Shown: positions 27,858-36,722 of the stretch, piece after piece
Numbering within the stretch: position 1 is the first letter of the stretch
How the letters are laid out: every line of letters starts with the position of its first letter
Assembly (NCBI GenBank): GCA_030647355.1
Contig: JAUSIS010000013.1
Span: 113,117-177,116 of the forward strand
Origin: a bacterium
Lineage (GTDB): Bacteria > Patescibacteriota > UBA1384 > VFKW01
Length of the DNA stretch: 64,000 bases
Reading direction: 5' to 3'
The notes under the pieces: generated by a model
What the model was told of the DNA's origin: nothing
What the model saw: the letters and a program-made list of their open reading frames with translations, nothing else
The model's database searches: none
Position numbers and translations under genes: made by a program

Positions 27858-28185
27858 ACTCCCTCGTTCTCTGGAATAATTATAACACACCTTACATCCA
27901 ACCCACTGCTATGGACCTACGCCACCTCTTTTCTCATAAATTAAAACCGTGCCGACTTATGACTAGGTCAGCGGCACGGTTCCAAGGAGAATTTGTTCCG
28001 GGCGGGACCCCACCCGCCACTAGGGTCACTCACAACAGATGGTAGCACTGTCCCAACTCTCGAAGGGACGCCCCCTCTATGTACCCAGCTTCATGCAACG
28101 CAGGAAGCTTTAGCTAAAGAAGATTATACCCGAAAGAACCCATTAAGTCAACTGGGTATTCTCCCTCGTTGCTTAACCTGCAACC

Positions 28186-28214
28186 TTGACAAACCTGTTG
28201 GCTAATGATAAAAT
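28186..28214 (+). promoter_or_regulatory. Consensus sigma70-type promoter TTGACA-N17-TAAAAT
   Basis: Exact -35 and near-perfect -10 with a 17-nt spacer, about 45 nt upstream of the ORF at 28257. Confidence 0.6.
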
Positions 28215-28256
28215 GCTGACAACCAACCGAACTCTGCATTTCAGGAGGAAGAAACG

Positions 28257-28556
28257 ATGGTATGTCAGAAATATGTCTGCCTATCTAAGTACTTGTTGGA
28301 GCATTTTGGGGACCTGCGAGGACAATTCTGTCGGTGCCAGATTCCGTGTAACAGCACGGATCTGATATTCCTGGCACTCTCCAGACCGGAGTCCTTCCAG
28401 GAAACTGTCGGGCTAAGTATACGGGAATTCAACGCCCTTCATCTGCCCGATGAGGTTTCTGAAGCAATTGAGACTGGCACCATTGACACACTCCCCGAGA
28501 AACTTGAGGTCTGGATCCGGGCTAAAGTACAATACCTGACTGGTAAACCCGCCTAG
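28257..28556 (+). CDS. Hypothetical protein (99 aa)
   Basis: Perfect TTGACA-N17-TAAAAT promoter at 28186-28214 and a GGAGGA RBS. Terminator at 28592-28626. Confidence 0.4.
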   Translation: MVCQKYVCLSKYLLEHFGDLRGQFCRCQIPCNSTDLIFLALSRPESFQETVGLSIREFNALHLPDEVSEAIETGTIDTLPEKLEVWIRAKVQYLTGKPA

Positions 28557-28591
28557 ATCGACACACTGCTTCAGCATCCCCACCCCTTCCC

Positions 28592-28626
28592 GCCCAGCCC
28601 TTTCTGTAAAAGAGCTGGGCTTTTTT
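28592..28626 (+). terminator. Intrinsic terminator (GCCCAGCCCTTT...AAAGAGCTGGGC+T5+CATACC)
   Basis: Preceded by CCCCACCCCTTCCC. Same family as 27187, 29375 and 63914. Confidence 0.6.
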
Positions 28627-28651
28627 CATACCCCTAAGTCAAGATTAACTT

Positions 28652-28680
28652 CTTGACATTTCCACTTCCATAAGGTAAAA
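28652..28680 (+). promoter_or_regulatory. Consensus sigma70-type promoter TTGACA-N17-TAAAAT
   Basis: Identical hexamers to the 28186 promoter. About 40 nt upstream of the ORF at 28722. Confidence 0.6.
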
Positions 28681-28721
28681 TATCGCTACCGTAACAACAT
28701 TACCCTCATGGAGGATTACCA

Positions 28722-29363
28722 ATGCCGAAACTTCTGACTATACCTGAAAGCAGTCTTACCTCTCGCCCGGAGAACCAACCTGGGTACTACCGGCTCGAAA
28801 CCCTGATTGATAAGATTCTTGAGGCAGAGGACAAATTGATCCTCAGCCGGTTTCGAGTCATGCTGTCGATAGAATGCCGAGTCCGGCGGGGGGATGCAAT
28901 ACCCACCCAAGACCTTACGCGCATCGTGCCGAAGCTGATGGAAGCTGCCTCCAAGTCGGAGGAAGAATGGCCATTTTCGGTCGCCCTGTTCATCGAGGCA
29001 CAAACGGGTAGCCGCGCAGTCATTGAACAGTGGCTTCATCTCAACCGAGAAGAATGGAGAGTTGATAGCCGCTGCAGCTGCCCCTACTGTAAGGAGACAC
29101 ACTTCAATGTCCTGACAAAAGCACATCTTGCTTATCATATGCAAGAGCGGCAGGAATTACTGCGAGGTATGGAAGCCTATGTCGAACAGGAGTTCGGCAA
29201 AAGAGCATCCATCGTCAGGACTGAACCATTGGGATTCGTCGAAAATGGGCTCATAGGGTACCAGCTCGTCATTGCGATTCCCGGCAAACCAGATAAGCAG
29301 TACTGCATCGCCGTGGACGACGCCCTGCACAAAGAGGATCTCCTCTGGTCACTTTTCCCCTGA
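28722..29363 (+). CDS. Hypothetical protein (213 aa)
   Basis: Perfect TTGACA-N17-TAAAAT promoter at 28652-28680 and a GGAGGA RBS. Terminator at 29375-29407. CSCPYC motif. Confidence 0.45.
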   Translation: MPKLLTIPESSLTSRPENQPGYYRLETLIDKILEAEDKLILSRFRVMLSIECRVRRGDAIPTQDLTRIVPKLMEAASKSEEEWPFSVALFIEAQTGSRAVIEQWLHLNREEWRVDSRCSCPYCKETHFNVLTKAHLAYHMQERQELLRGMEAYVEQEFGKRASIVRTEPLGFVENGLIGYQLVIAIPGKPDKQYCIAVDDALHKEDLLWSLFP

Positions 29364-29374
29364 TCCAATTCACC

Positions 29375-29407
29375 CCCGCTCTTTCTATGAAAGGGCGGGG
29401 TTTTTTC
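29375..29407 (+). terminator. Intrinsic terminator (CCCCCGCTCTTTC-TAT-GAAAGGGCGGGG+T6+CAT)
   Basis: Near-identical stem to 17459 with the arms swapped. Confidence 0.6.
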
Positions 29408-29445
29408 ATTCTAAAAATAAGTTATAATAACCTCGAGGAGCGCAT

Positions 29446-30627
29446 ATGGCACTATCTTTAGGCATTGTCGGCTTGCCCAATGTCGGCAAATCAACCTTAT
29501 TCAATGCTTTGGTCAAAAACGCCCAGGCCCAAGCTAGCAACTACCCCTTCTGTACCATAGACCCCAATGTCGGCGTAGTTCAGCTACCCGATGAAAGGTT
29601 GGAAAAATTATCTGAAATCTCTAAATCAAAACAAATCGTCCCTACAACCGTCGAATTCACCGATATCGCCGGATTGGTTCAAGGTGCGCATCATGGCGAA
29701 GGATTGGGCAATCAATTTCTCTCTCATATTCGCCAGACCGATGCCATCGCCATGGTTGTCCGCTTCTTTGAAGATAAAGATATTGTTCATGTCGCCGGTG
29801 CTATTGACCCTGTCGACGACATTCATGTCATTAACCTTGAATTAATCCTAGCCGACCTGGCAGTCGCCGAAAAACGTCTGGAAGCCCTCAAAAAAGAGAC
29901 CAAATCGGGCGATGCCAAAGCTAAAAAACGGGTAGAAATTATGCAAAAGATAAAAGATGGATTGGATAGAGAAATCCCTGTCAGACAAATCTTCCCTGAT
30001 CCAAATGATCTCGAACCTATCAAAGATATTCAATTTATCACCTCCAAACCAGTAATTTACATCGCTAATGTCTCGGAGGGCCAAGCCTCAATTACTTCAG
30101 ATGAACTGATAAAGCATCACGGCCTGCAATCTATTCTACAGCCAACAAACATCCAAAAAGTCATTGCGAGGAGTGAAACGACGAAGCAATCTATTGATTG
30201 CCACGCTTCGCTCGCAATGACAAAAAATAATCTAATCCTTATCAGTGCCAAAATCGAAGCTGAACTCTCCGTTCTGGCAGAAAAGGAACAGCAAGAGTAC
30301 CTAGAATCCCTTGGGCTCCATGAAAGCGGCCTCAACCGCCTCATAGAAGCCGCCTACGAGACGCTCGGTTTGATCACCTTCTTTACCTCAGGTGAGAAGG
30401 AAACACGCGCCTGGACCGTCCTAAAGGGTTCGAGCGCCCCTGTAGCCGCCGGCAAGATACATAAAGACTTCGAGAAGGGCTTTATCGCCGCCGATGTCAT
30501 CAAATATAACGATTTTATTAAATATAACGGTTGGCAAGGCACCAAAGAGAAAGGCCTCATCAAAACAGAGGGCAAGCAGTATGTTGTACAGGACGGTGAT
30601 GTTATTTTATTCAAATTTAATGTTTAA
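29446..30627 (+). CDS. ychF: Ribosome-binding ATPase YchF (Obg-family GTPase)
   Basis: GIVGLPNVGKSTLFNAL G1 motif, DIAGLV G3, C-terminal TGS domain. An internal insertion relative to typical YchF. Confidence 0.85.
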   Translation: MALSLGIVGLPNVGKSTLFNALVKNAQAQASNYPFCTIDPNVGVVQLPDERLEKLSEISKSKQIVPTTVEFTDIAGLVQGAHHGEGLGNQFLSHIRQTDAIAMVVRFFEDKDIVHVAGAIDPVDDIHVINLELILADLAVAEKRLEALKKETKSGDAKAKKRVEIMQKIKDGLDREIPVRQIFPDPNDLEPIKDIQFITSKPVIYIANVSEGQASITSDELIKHHGLQSILQPTNIQKVIARSETTKQSIDCHASLAMTKNNLILISAKIEAELSVLAEKEQQEYLESLGLHESGLNRLIEAAYETLGLITFFTSGEKETRAWTVLKGSSAPVAAGKIHKDFEKGFIAADVIKYNDFIKYNGWQGTKEKGLIKTEGKQYVVQDGDVILFKFNV

Positions 30628-30822
30628 AATTAAACTCTAAATCCTAATATCTAAACTCTAAACAAATTCTAATTTATAAATTCAAAACAATTTCTCTTTG
30701 TCATTCGAATTTTGTATTCCGTGCTTATTTAGGATTTCGAATTTAGAATTTTTACTACGCCTGCTTCCCATCCGACCTTTTATATAGTACGCTGAGGTTA
30801 AGTTACTAAATGAAGGAGTGGG

Positions 30823-32847
30823 GTGGCTAAAATTGCTAACCGGGTTTTTGTACCTATTAAATATCTTTACACAAATAATAACAAATCTCTTGTTCTAATT
30901 TTAATTTTGATTTCATTACAAATGCCTCTTTTGGCGATAGTTCCCTTTTCACAAAAAGCCAAAGCTACAATAACTCCGCCTGCTACGCTAAGCGTCTCTG
31001 ACTTACCACCTAAGCCAAACCCTATACCAAACATTATTTATATGAACGATTTCGCCCAAGACTATGATGGTGAGATCGGACTTTTGATGTTAGCATACTT
31101 GCAACACATCGGCTATGCGAAAATTTCAGCCGTTATCGGCGACTGGAGGTACATACAGGCACAATATGCTATTGATGGAATATTGTCCAGCTATAACATT
31201 GGCGATGTTCCAATCGGCGTCTATAATTTGGCTCAAGCTACTTCGGGCGAAGAAAGACATGGCTATCACGACGGACAGTTAAATGATAATGTTACCCAAC
31301 TCAATCGAGAATACGGCGACTCAACTAATGTTCTTCGAGAGACACTAAACAATGCCACAGAACAACTAACCTTAGTCACTAACGGACCTCTAACATCATT
31401 AAATAATTTAATACAATCAGCGGCTTACAATAACGGAAATGACGATATCCCCCTTACTGGAGTTGAATTAATGCAGCAACATGTTGCTAAATTGATTGTC
31501 GGAGGGGGTTATTACTTTAAGAGCCCGTCATGGTCCAACCTCATGATTGCGCCAGCAGAAGCTTACAATGTAATTGAAACCTGGAATTCCTACTTATCTT
31601 CCAAACCAATTATCTTTATGGGAGAAGATGCCTCAGATGCACAAGGAAGAGATGTAAATGATCCTGATGGATTGGTGAATTTTATGAATGCGAAATTACT
31701 GGTAGGTGAAAATATATGGCCGGCAACCAATCCGGCGCATTGGTTTTGGGGACAGGTACCGGGGGAAGCTCAAGATTTTGGCGATGATGGCACATTCGGA
31801 TTAGGCTATGCCGAATCGCATGATCTTATCAGAACTTTTTATTATGTGTTTGGAGAAAGTGTATATTTCACATTATCTGAACCATGCCTGAATTACGTAG
31901 CCCCAGAAAACTCAATGGACGGATCAGAAGTAGCCGGGCAGACAACATGCACACCAATAGAGGGTGTTAATTCCTATTTTATTTACAGCCCAATTAATCA
32001 AGATGATGTAGATGCGTTAAATGATTTAGTTAGCAGAATCGCCTACACCGCTGCTTTTGAGGATATAACCGCACCTACCACCACTATAGCAGCAATTCCC
32101 TCCTCGCCCGACGGCTCGGACAGTTGGCATAAATCAGCCGCTCCTACTGTTTCTCTATCAGCCAATGATGGCAACGGTTTGGGTGTCGATAGAATCTATT
32201 ACAAATGGGATAATAATACGTACCAAGAATACAGCACCTCACTTATCGCTCCTGAAGGCACCCATACTCTCTACTATTATTCAAACGATAATGCCGGTAA
32301 TAGCGAGGTGGCAAAAAACCGGGAATTCAAGGTAGATACTAACACCGTTACTGCTACAATTACTACTCCTGCGGTTACTACTAGCTCTGCCCCCCAACCC
32401 GCCCTCTCCACTACCGCCCCCAGATACGGCCAAAGGAATGTTACTGTAACTAACCTGCAGACAATGCTTAAACAGATGGGCTACTATAACAAATCCTGGC
32501 CGATTACTGGATATTATGGCAACCTGACACGCACCGCTGTTATGCGCTACCAAAAGGCAAAGTATCTCCAAATTAATGGGCGGGTTGATCCGGCTACTTT
32601 GGCATATTTGAATTACAACGGCCAGGGCTATATCTTTACCAAAACCCTCAAACGTGGCTCTTCCGGTAAAGATGTTATTATTCTTCAAGCTAAACTAAAA
32701 CAAGGAAGATTTATGTCCCGATATATCACTACTACTGGTTATTTTGGCTACTATACTAAAATAGCTGTCAAAAAATACCAAAAAGCGCATTCTCTCCCCA
32801 AAACCGGGATTCTTGATCTCGCCACACGACAGGCAATCAACGATTAA
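30823..32847 (+). CDS. Secreted/membrane-anchored protein with two C-terminal peptidoglycan-binding (PG_binding_1-like) domains
   Basis: N-terminal signal-anchor. Two C-terminal repeats matching the PGRP-like PG-binding motif (TGYYGNLTRTAVMRYQKA and TGYFGYYTKIAVKKYQKAHSLPKTG). Central region has no recognised domain. Confidence 0.55.
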   Translation: MAKIANRVFVPIKYLYTNNNKSLVLILILISLQMPLLAIVPFSQKAKATITPPATLSVSDLPPKPNPIPNIIYMNDFAQDYDGEIGLLMLAYLQHIGYAKISAVIGDWRYIQAQYAIDGILSSYNIGDVPIGVYNLAQATSGEERHGYHDGQLNDNVTQLNREYGDSTNVLRETLNNATEQLTLVTNGPLTSLNNLIQSAAYNNGNDDIPLTGVELMQQHVAKLIVGGGYYFKSPSWSNLMIAPAEAYNVIETWNSYLSSKPIIFMGEDASDAQGRDVNDPDGLVNFMNAKLLVGENIWPATNPAHWFWGQVPGEAQDFGDDGTFGLGYAESHDLIRTFYYVFGESVYFTLSEPCLNYVAPENSMDGSEVAGQTTCTPIEGVNSYFIYSPINQDDVDALNDLVSRIAYTAAFEDITAPTTTIAAIPSSPDGSDSWHKSAAPTVSLSANDGNGLGVDRIYYKWDNNTYQEYSTSLIAPEGTHTLYYYSNDNAGNSEVAKNREFKVDTNTVTATITTPAVTTSSAPQPALSTTAPRYGQRNVTVTNLQTMLKQMGYYNKSWPITGYYGNLTRTAVMRYQKAKYLQINGRVDPATLAYLNYNGQGYIFTKTLKRGSSGKDVIILQAKLKQGRFMSRYITTTGYFGYYTKIAVKKYQKAHSLPKTGILDLATRQAIND

Positions 32848-32882
32848 AATTCTTTTTTACTACAACCAAAGTGCTCCAAATT

Positions 32883-32910
32883 AAAAAAAGCACCCGATCA
32901 GTTCGGGTGC
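32883..32910 (-). terminator. Intrinsic terminator of the Dcd-like gene (minus strand)
   Basis: Plus strand reads A7-GCACCCGATCAGTTCGGGTGC, so the minus-strand RNA has the hairpin followed by U7. Confidence 0.6.
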
Positions 32911-32936
32911 CAACATAAACATACCAGCGAGGAAAC

Positions 32937-33776
32937 CTATAGCTCTTCCTCCACAACTTCGTACAAAAGTGACTCAAGCCCCCGTTTTACTACCTTAGGG
33001 AGCTCTCTCATCTGTACGCGCGGAGCCAATGCATAGTGCATATACTCTTGCCGCTCAACGACATCCTCGCGGAGCTCGTCATAAGGAGCACAGATCTCCC
33101 CCTCTACTGTGAAGAACTCCATCTGTCCGATCTTGAGACCCATTTTCAGTTCTAGTGGGAATGGACCCCCATGCTTGAGCTCCAAAACAATGCGGCCGCA
33201 AAATCCCGGATCTATTTTGGGCGCATCCCGAGTGACCGTTATACCCATACGCCCAGTCTTACTACGACCATGCACATACCCCATCAGGTCGCAGGGCAGC
33301 CAGTAGCGTCGCATAGTGTAAGCCAAAGCGAATGTCCCCGGCCTCAACACATACCTCTTGCCCGCATCAATGTGGTATGTCTGCAGATAGCCCTCCGCCC
33401 GCCTCATACTATCCTTATCATTCAGATCAATCACCAGATCAGTCGGCAGGTCCGAATATCCGTCCGTGCCTGGGAGTGGGGCTATTTTGAGTGTGTCTCC
33501 CAACTCCAGGTCGAGCGATACATTCCCCACCATACCATTCGGCTGAAAATCCGCCTCCGTATGCGGCGGATCTACCACAATAAAGCCGTGCCTCCTGGCT
33601 TCCTGGAACGACGGGGGACGCTCTTCAGGTTTGAGCCTCAGAAAATCTTCCCCCGAAAGCTCAATGCCCAAATCCGCCAAGCTAACCAAACGGGATTGGA
33701 TGGAGCTATACCCCAACACGCCAAACTTCTCGATATGCTGTCTTCCTAACATCCGTCTTACTAATTCAGCTCTCAC
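32937..33776 (-). CDS. dCTP deaminase/dUTPase-superfamily protein (extended, Dcd-like)
   Basis: QPNGMVGNVSLDLELG resembles the Dcd N-terminal beta-strand. KIDPGFCGRIVLELKH matches the Dcd/dUTPase active-site motif (IDPGFxGxxTLEL). GC-rich single-gene cassette with terminator at 32883-32910. Confidence 0.6.
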   Translation of the reverse strand: MRAELVRRMLGRQHIEKFGVLGYSSIQSRLVSLADLGIELSGEDFLRLKPEERPPSFQEARRHGFIVVDPPHTEADFQPNGMVGNVSLDLELGDTLKIAPLPGTDGYSDLPTDLVIDLNDKDSMRRAEGYLQTYHIDAGKRYVLRPGTFALAYTMRRYWLPCDLMGYVHGRSKTGRMGITVTRDAPKIDPGFCGRIVLELKHGGPFPLELKMGLKIGQMEFFTVEGEICAPYDELREDVVERQEYMHYALAPRVQMRELPKVVKRGLESLLYEVVEEEL

Positions 33777-33992
33777 TGTTTTGCTCCTAAATGGAAATGT
33801 GCTTTGCGGCTACCATACAGCAAACTCGCCGGGCTATCAAGCCCTAATCGTTTGACTAAAATCCAACCTTAAGTCAAGATACTTCCGACATGAAAGCTAT
33901 GTTACGTCATTGCTCTAGGAATACTAATCTGCCACAACGCCTCAAAATAATTTCTATGTGCCTGTGAGATATCATGGTTCTCGATAACTCCC

Positions 33993-34021
33993 TTGCCAAA
34001 ACCTAAAAACCATACTATAAT
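33993..34021 (+). promoter_or_regulatory. rpsF operon promoter TTGCCA-N17-TATAAT
   Basis: Followed by an approximately 240-nt GC-richer leader before the rpsF GTG. Confidence 0.5.
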
Positions 34022-34029
34022 GTAATCAC

Positions 34030-34262
34030 TTCGCCAAACAGTATCTAGAACCCATCTTATAATTGCTTCTTGAAACGAAACTATCCTCGGCCGAGACGAG
34101 AGCGTAGGAGGTTGAGGAAGCGTAGCCACTGCTACACTGACGAAGCATCCTGCGGTAGCAGTCCGGTCCGAGATAGTTGCAGTTATCAGAGGTAGTTATA
34201 AGATGGGTTCCCAAACAATCTCCTAGTGGGATGATTGATGTAATTAATTTTCTGGAGGTTTC
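34030..34262 (+). ncRNA. Long structured 5' leader of the rpsF-ssb-rpsR operon (candidate ribosomal-protein autoregulatory leader)
   Basis: Visibly GC-rich in an AT-rich context, with multiple complementary segments (GCGTAGCCACTGCTACACTGACG, CTGCGGTAGCAG). No convincing ORF. Confidence 0.35.
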
Positions 34263-34898
34263 GTGAAGAAATACGAACTGACAACTATTACTCTGAAAGA
34301 AGACGAAGCAGACAAAGTCGCGTCTCTCATTCAAGAGCTTGGTGGAAAAATCGAAGATAGAAAAGATCTCGGCAATCGCCGGTTTGCTTATCCAATTAAC
34401 AAAGAAGCGAGCGGCATCTACACTGCATTTACCTTTTCTCTCGACGAACAAAAAATAACCGAACTCAACAAAAAACTAACCGGCAACTCTGATATCATAA
34501 GACACTTGATTATCATTACCAAAGAAATTAAGAAAGAATTCATCTCCAAGCTTTCTGAAGAGCTATCGAAAAAAACTGCCGAAAAGACAGGGGAAGAAGC
34601 TTTGGTTTCTGGTCCAGTTGAAAAAGAAGAGAAGCCGGAAGAGACCAAAGAAGCCAAAACTGAAAAAGAAAAACCCGCTGTAATATCAAAAGCAAAAGAA
34701 CCGGAGCTAAAAAAACCAGAAGAAAAGCAACCAGAAGCCGAAACTGAAAAAGTCGAGCTAAAAGAAGCAACAACAGAGGAAAAACAAGAAGAAAAACCAA
34801 CAGAAAAACCAAAAACCAAAGAACCTGAAGCCAAGAGTGAAGAGGAAGAGCGCCTCAAAAAGCTCAATGAGAAATTGGACGAACTACTTAAGGACTAA
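34263..34898 (+). CDS. rpsF: 30S ribosomal protein S6 with long acidic/lysine-rich C-terminal extension
   Basis: MKKYELTTI...GNRRFAYPI S6 core. GTG start. In the rpsF-ssb-rpsR arrangement. Confidence 0.85.
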   Translation: MKKYELTTITLKEDEADKVASLIQELGGKIEDRKDLGNRRFAYPINKEASGIYTAFTFSLDEQKITELNKKLTGNSDIIRHLIIITKEIKKEFISKLSEELSKKTAEKTGEEALVSGPVEKEEKPEETKEAKTEKEKPAVISKAKEPELKKPEEKQPEAETEKVELKEATTEEKQEEKPTEKPKTKEPEAKSEEEERLKKLNEKLDELLKD

Positions 34899-35044
34899 TT
34901 TAACAAATCCGAATATCAAATGACCAATTTCCAATCAAATTCTAAATCAAAAAAATTTGATATTAGAACTTTAACATTATTTGACATTGGAAATTTGAAA
35001 TTTGAAATTAATTCTCTGCTTCGGCAGAGAAGAAAGGAGTACCC

Positions 35045-35560
35045 ATGTTCAGTCTAAATCGAGCCACGGTCATTGGCAATCTAACCCGCGATCCGGAACT
35101 TCGATATACCCCCAACGGACAAGCGGTCGCATCTTTTGCTATCGCTACCAATCGCCGTTGGAAAAACCAAAGCGGAGAAATGCAGGACGAAGTCCAATAT
35201 CATGAAATCGTTGCTTGGGGCAAATTGGGTGAAATCGCCAACCAAACCCTGGCTAAAGGTAAAAAGGCCTATATCGAAGGGCGAATTCAAACCCGAAGCT
35301 GGGAAGGACCTGACGGCGCCAAACGCAATAAAACCGAGATAGTCGCCGAAAACTTAATCGCTTTGAGTCCGCGTGATAATTTCGGCCAGACAGGTGATTC
35401 TGACTTCCTCTCCGAAGCCCAAGAAAGCCCCCCAGAAACAAAAAAACCTGGCAAAACCGATTCCAGCCCATCGGGCTCTAAAAGTACTGCTAAAAAGGAT
35501 TCTGACGAGGATTCCTTGGACGACAATAGTGAAATAAAACTGGAAGATATACCGTTTTAA
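35045..35560 (+). CDS. ssb: Single-stranded DNA-binding protein
   Basis: OB fold RATVIGNLTRDPELRYTPNG, an acidic disordered tail, and the C-terminal DIPF tip. Confidence 0.9.
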   Translation: MFSLNRATVIGNLTRDPELRYTPNGQAVASFAIATNRRWKNQSGEMQDEVQYHEIVAWGKLGEIANQTLAKGKKAYIEGRIQTRSWEGPDGAKRNKTEIVAENLIALSPRDNFGQTGDSDFLSEAQESPPETKKPGKTDSSPSGSKSTAKKDSDEDSLDDNSEIKLEDIPF

Positions 35561-35574
35561 TTTGAAAGGGAAAT

Positions 35575-35793
35575 ATGGCAAGACAATCAAAATATAAACA
35601 ATGTGCATTCTGCAAAAAACGTATTGATGAGATAGATTTCAAAGATGTAGCTGTAATTCAAAAATACATCACTTCTTGGGGAAAAATAAAAAGTATCCGC
35701 GAATCAGGCAGTTGCGCAAAACATCAAAGATCGCTATCCCATGCCATCAAGCGCGCCCGCTTCATGGCATTATTGGCATACACCAATAAATAA
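35575..35793 (+). CDS. rpsR: 30S ribosomal protein S18
   Basis: CAFCKKRIDEIDFKDV...RQLS.AIKRARFMALLAY typical of S18. Confidence 0.9.
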   Translation: MARQSKYKQCAFCKKRIDEIDFKDVAVIQKYITSWGKIKSIRESGSCAKHQRSLSHAIKRARFMALLAYTNK

Positions 35794-35919
35794 GTAAAAT
35801 GTCTAAGTCCCAATGACAAAAGAATTTCAAAGCCAGAAATCCAAAAGATTTGACATTTGTTATTAAAACATTTATTTGTCCTTTGGACTTTGGACTTTAG
35901 TTTTGAGACAGGGAGTATT

Positions 35920-36480
35920 GTGCTAAACTTAGCAAATATTAAAGTTGGGACAATAATAGAGTTTCGTGGCTCTCCACATGAAGCGATTTTTGTTGAACAC
36001 TCCAAGCAGGGACGCGGAGGGGCAATCCTACGCACTAAACTTCGCAATCTGGAAAATGGGGCTACTGTTGAAAATACTTTCAAAGGAGCTGATAAGGTAG
36101 AGGAAGCAAATTTGAGCTATAAAAAAGCGCAGTTTCTATACAAAGACAGCGATAAACTGTTTTTTATGGATAATAAGACCTTTGATCAAATCGAACTACC
36201 TAAATCGGCTATCGGTAGCCAAGCAGAGTTCCTCAGGGAAGAAACTGCGGTTGATTTAGTCATAATTAATGGCAAAGTAGCCACAGCCAGAATCCCCATA
36301 AAAATAGATCTTAAAGTGACTTATACCGAACCCGGCTATAAAGGCAATACGCAATCAGCCGCCTTCAAACCGGCAACTTTAGAAACGGGCGCTCAAATTC
36401 AAGTCCCTTTGTTTATCTCCAATGGCGAACTCGTACGAGTGGATACTCGCACTGGGACTTATGTTGAACGGGTAAAGTAA
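35920..36480 (+). CDS. efp: Elongation factor P
   Basis: KVGTIIEF...GRGGA...KTFD... pattern. GTG start at 35920 after an AGGGAG RBS. The supplied ORF has a spurious N-terminal extension. Confidence 0.8.
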   Translation: MLNLANIKVGTIIEFRGSPHEAIFVEHSKQGRGGAILRTKLRNLENGATVENTFKGADKVEEANLSYKKAQFLYKDSDKLFFMDNKTFDQIELPKSAIGSQAEFLREETAVDLVIINGKVATARIPIKIDLKVTYTEPGYKGNTQSAAFKPATLETGAQIQVPLFISNGELVRVDTRTGTYVERVK

Positions 36481-36535
36481 AAATCAAACCTCAAAATCCA
36501 AAACCTACGCCCAAATACTGAAATGAACAAAAGTA

Positions 36536-36660
36536 AGTTATTCTTCGAGCCAGTCGAGAAGTTTTCAGAGCTTGTCGAGAAGTTATTTAAGTAAGGTATT
36601 CTTCGAGCTTGTCGAGAAGTTTTCAAAACTTGATCGTTCTCGATTGCCCTCGAACAATAA
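36536..36660. repeat. Tandem REP-like repeats (CTTCGAGCNNGTCGAGAAGTTTT units)
   Basis: TTCTTCGAGCCAGTCGAGAAGTTTTCAGAGCTTGTCGAGAAGTT followed by TTCTTCGAGCTTGTCGAGAAGTTTTCAAAACTTGATCGTTCTCGA. Related units at 44651-44700 and 53420-53469. Confidence 0.55.
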
Positions 36661-36722
36661 GAGATTTTTGTATTTTATACTTAGACATTTGACATTGGAA
36701 ATTTGTTATTTGTCATCACTCT

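Noticed and set aside
27993-28205. Possible tmRNA or tRNA in the hairpin-rich region before the 28186 promoter
   Set aside because: No tRNA-like acceptor/T-arm (GGTTCGA-type) motif, no tag-peptide reading frame ending in a stop, and no CCA-proximal structure were found. Kept only as a generic structured region.
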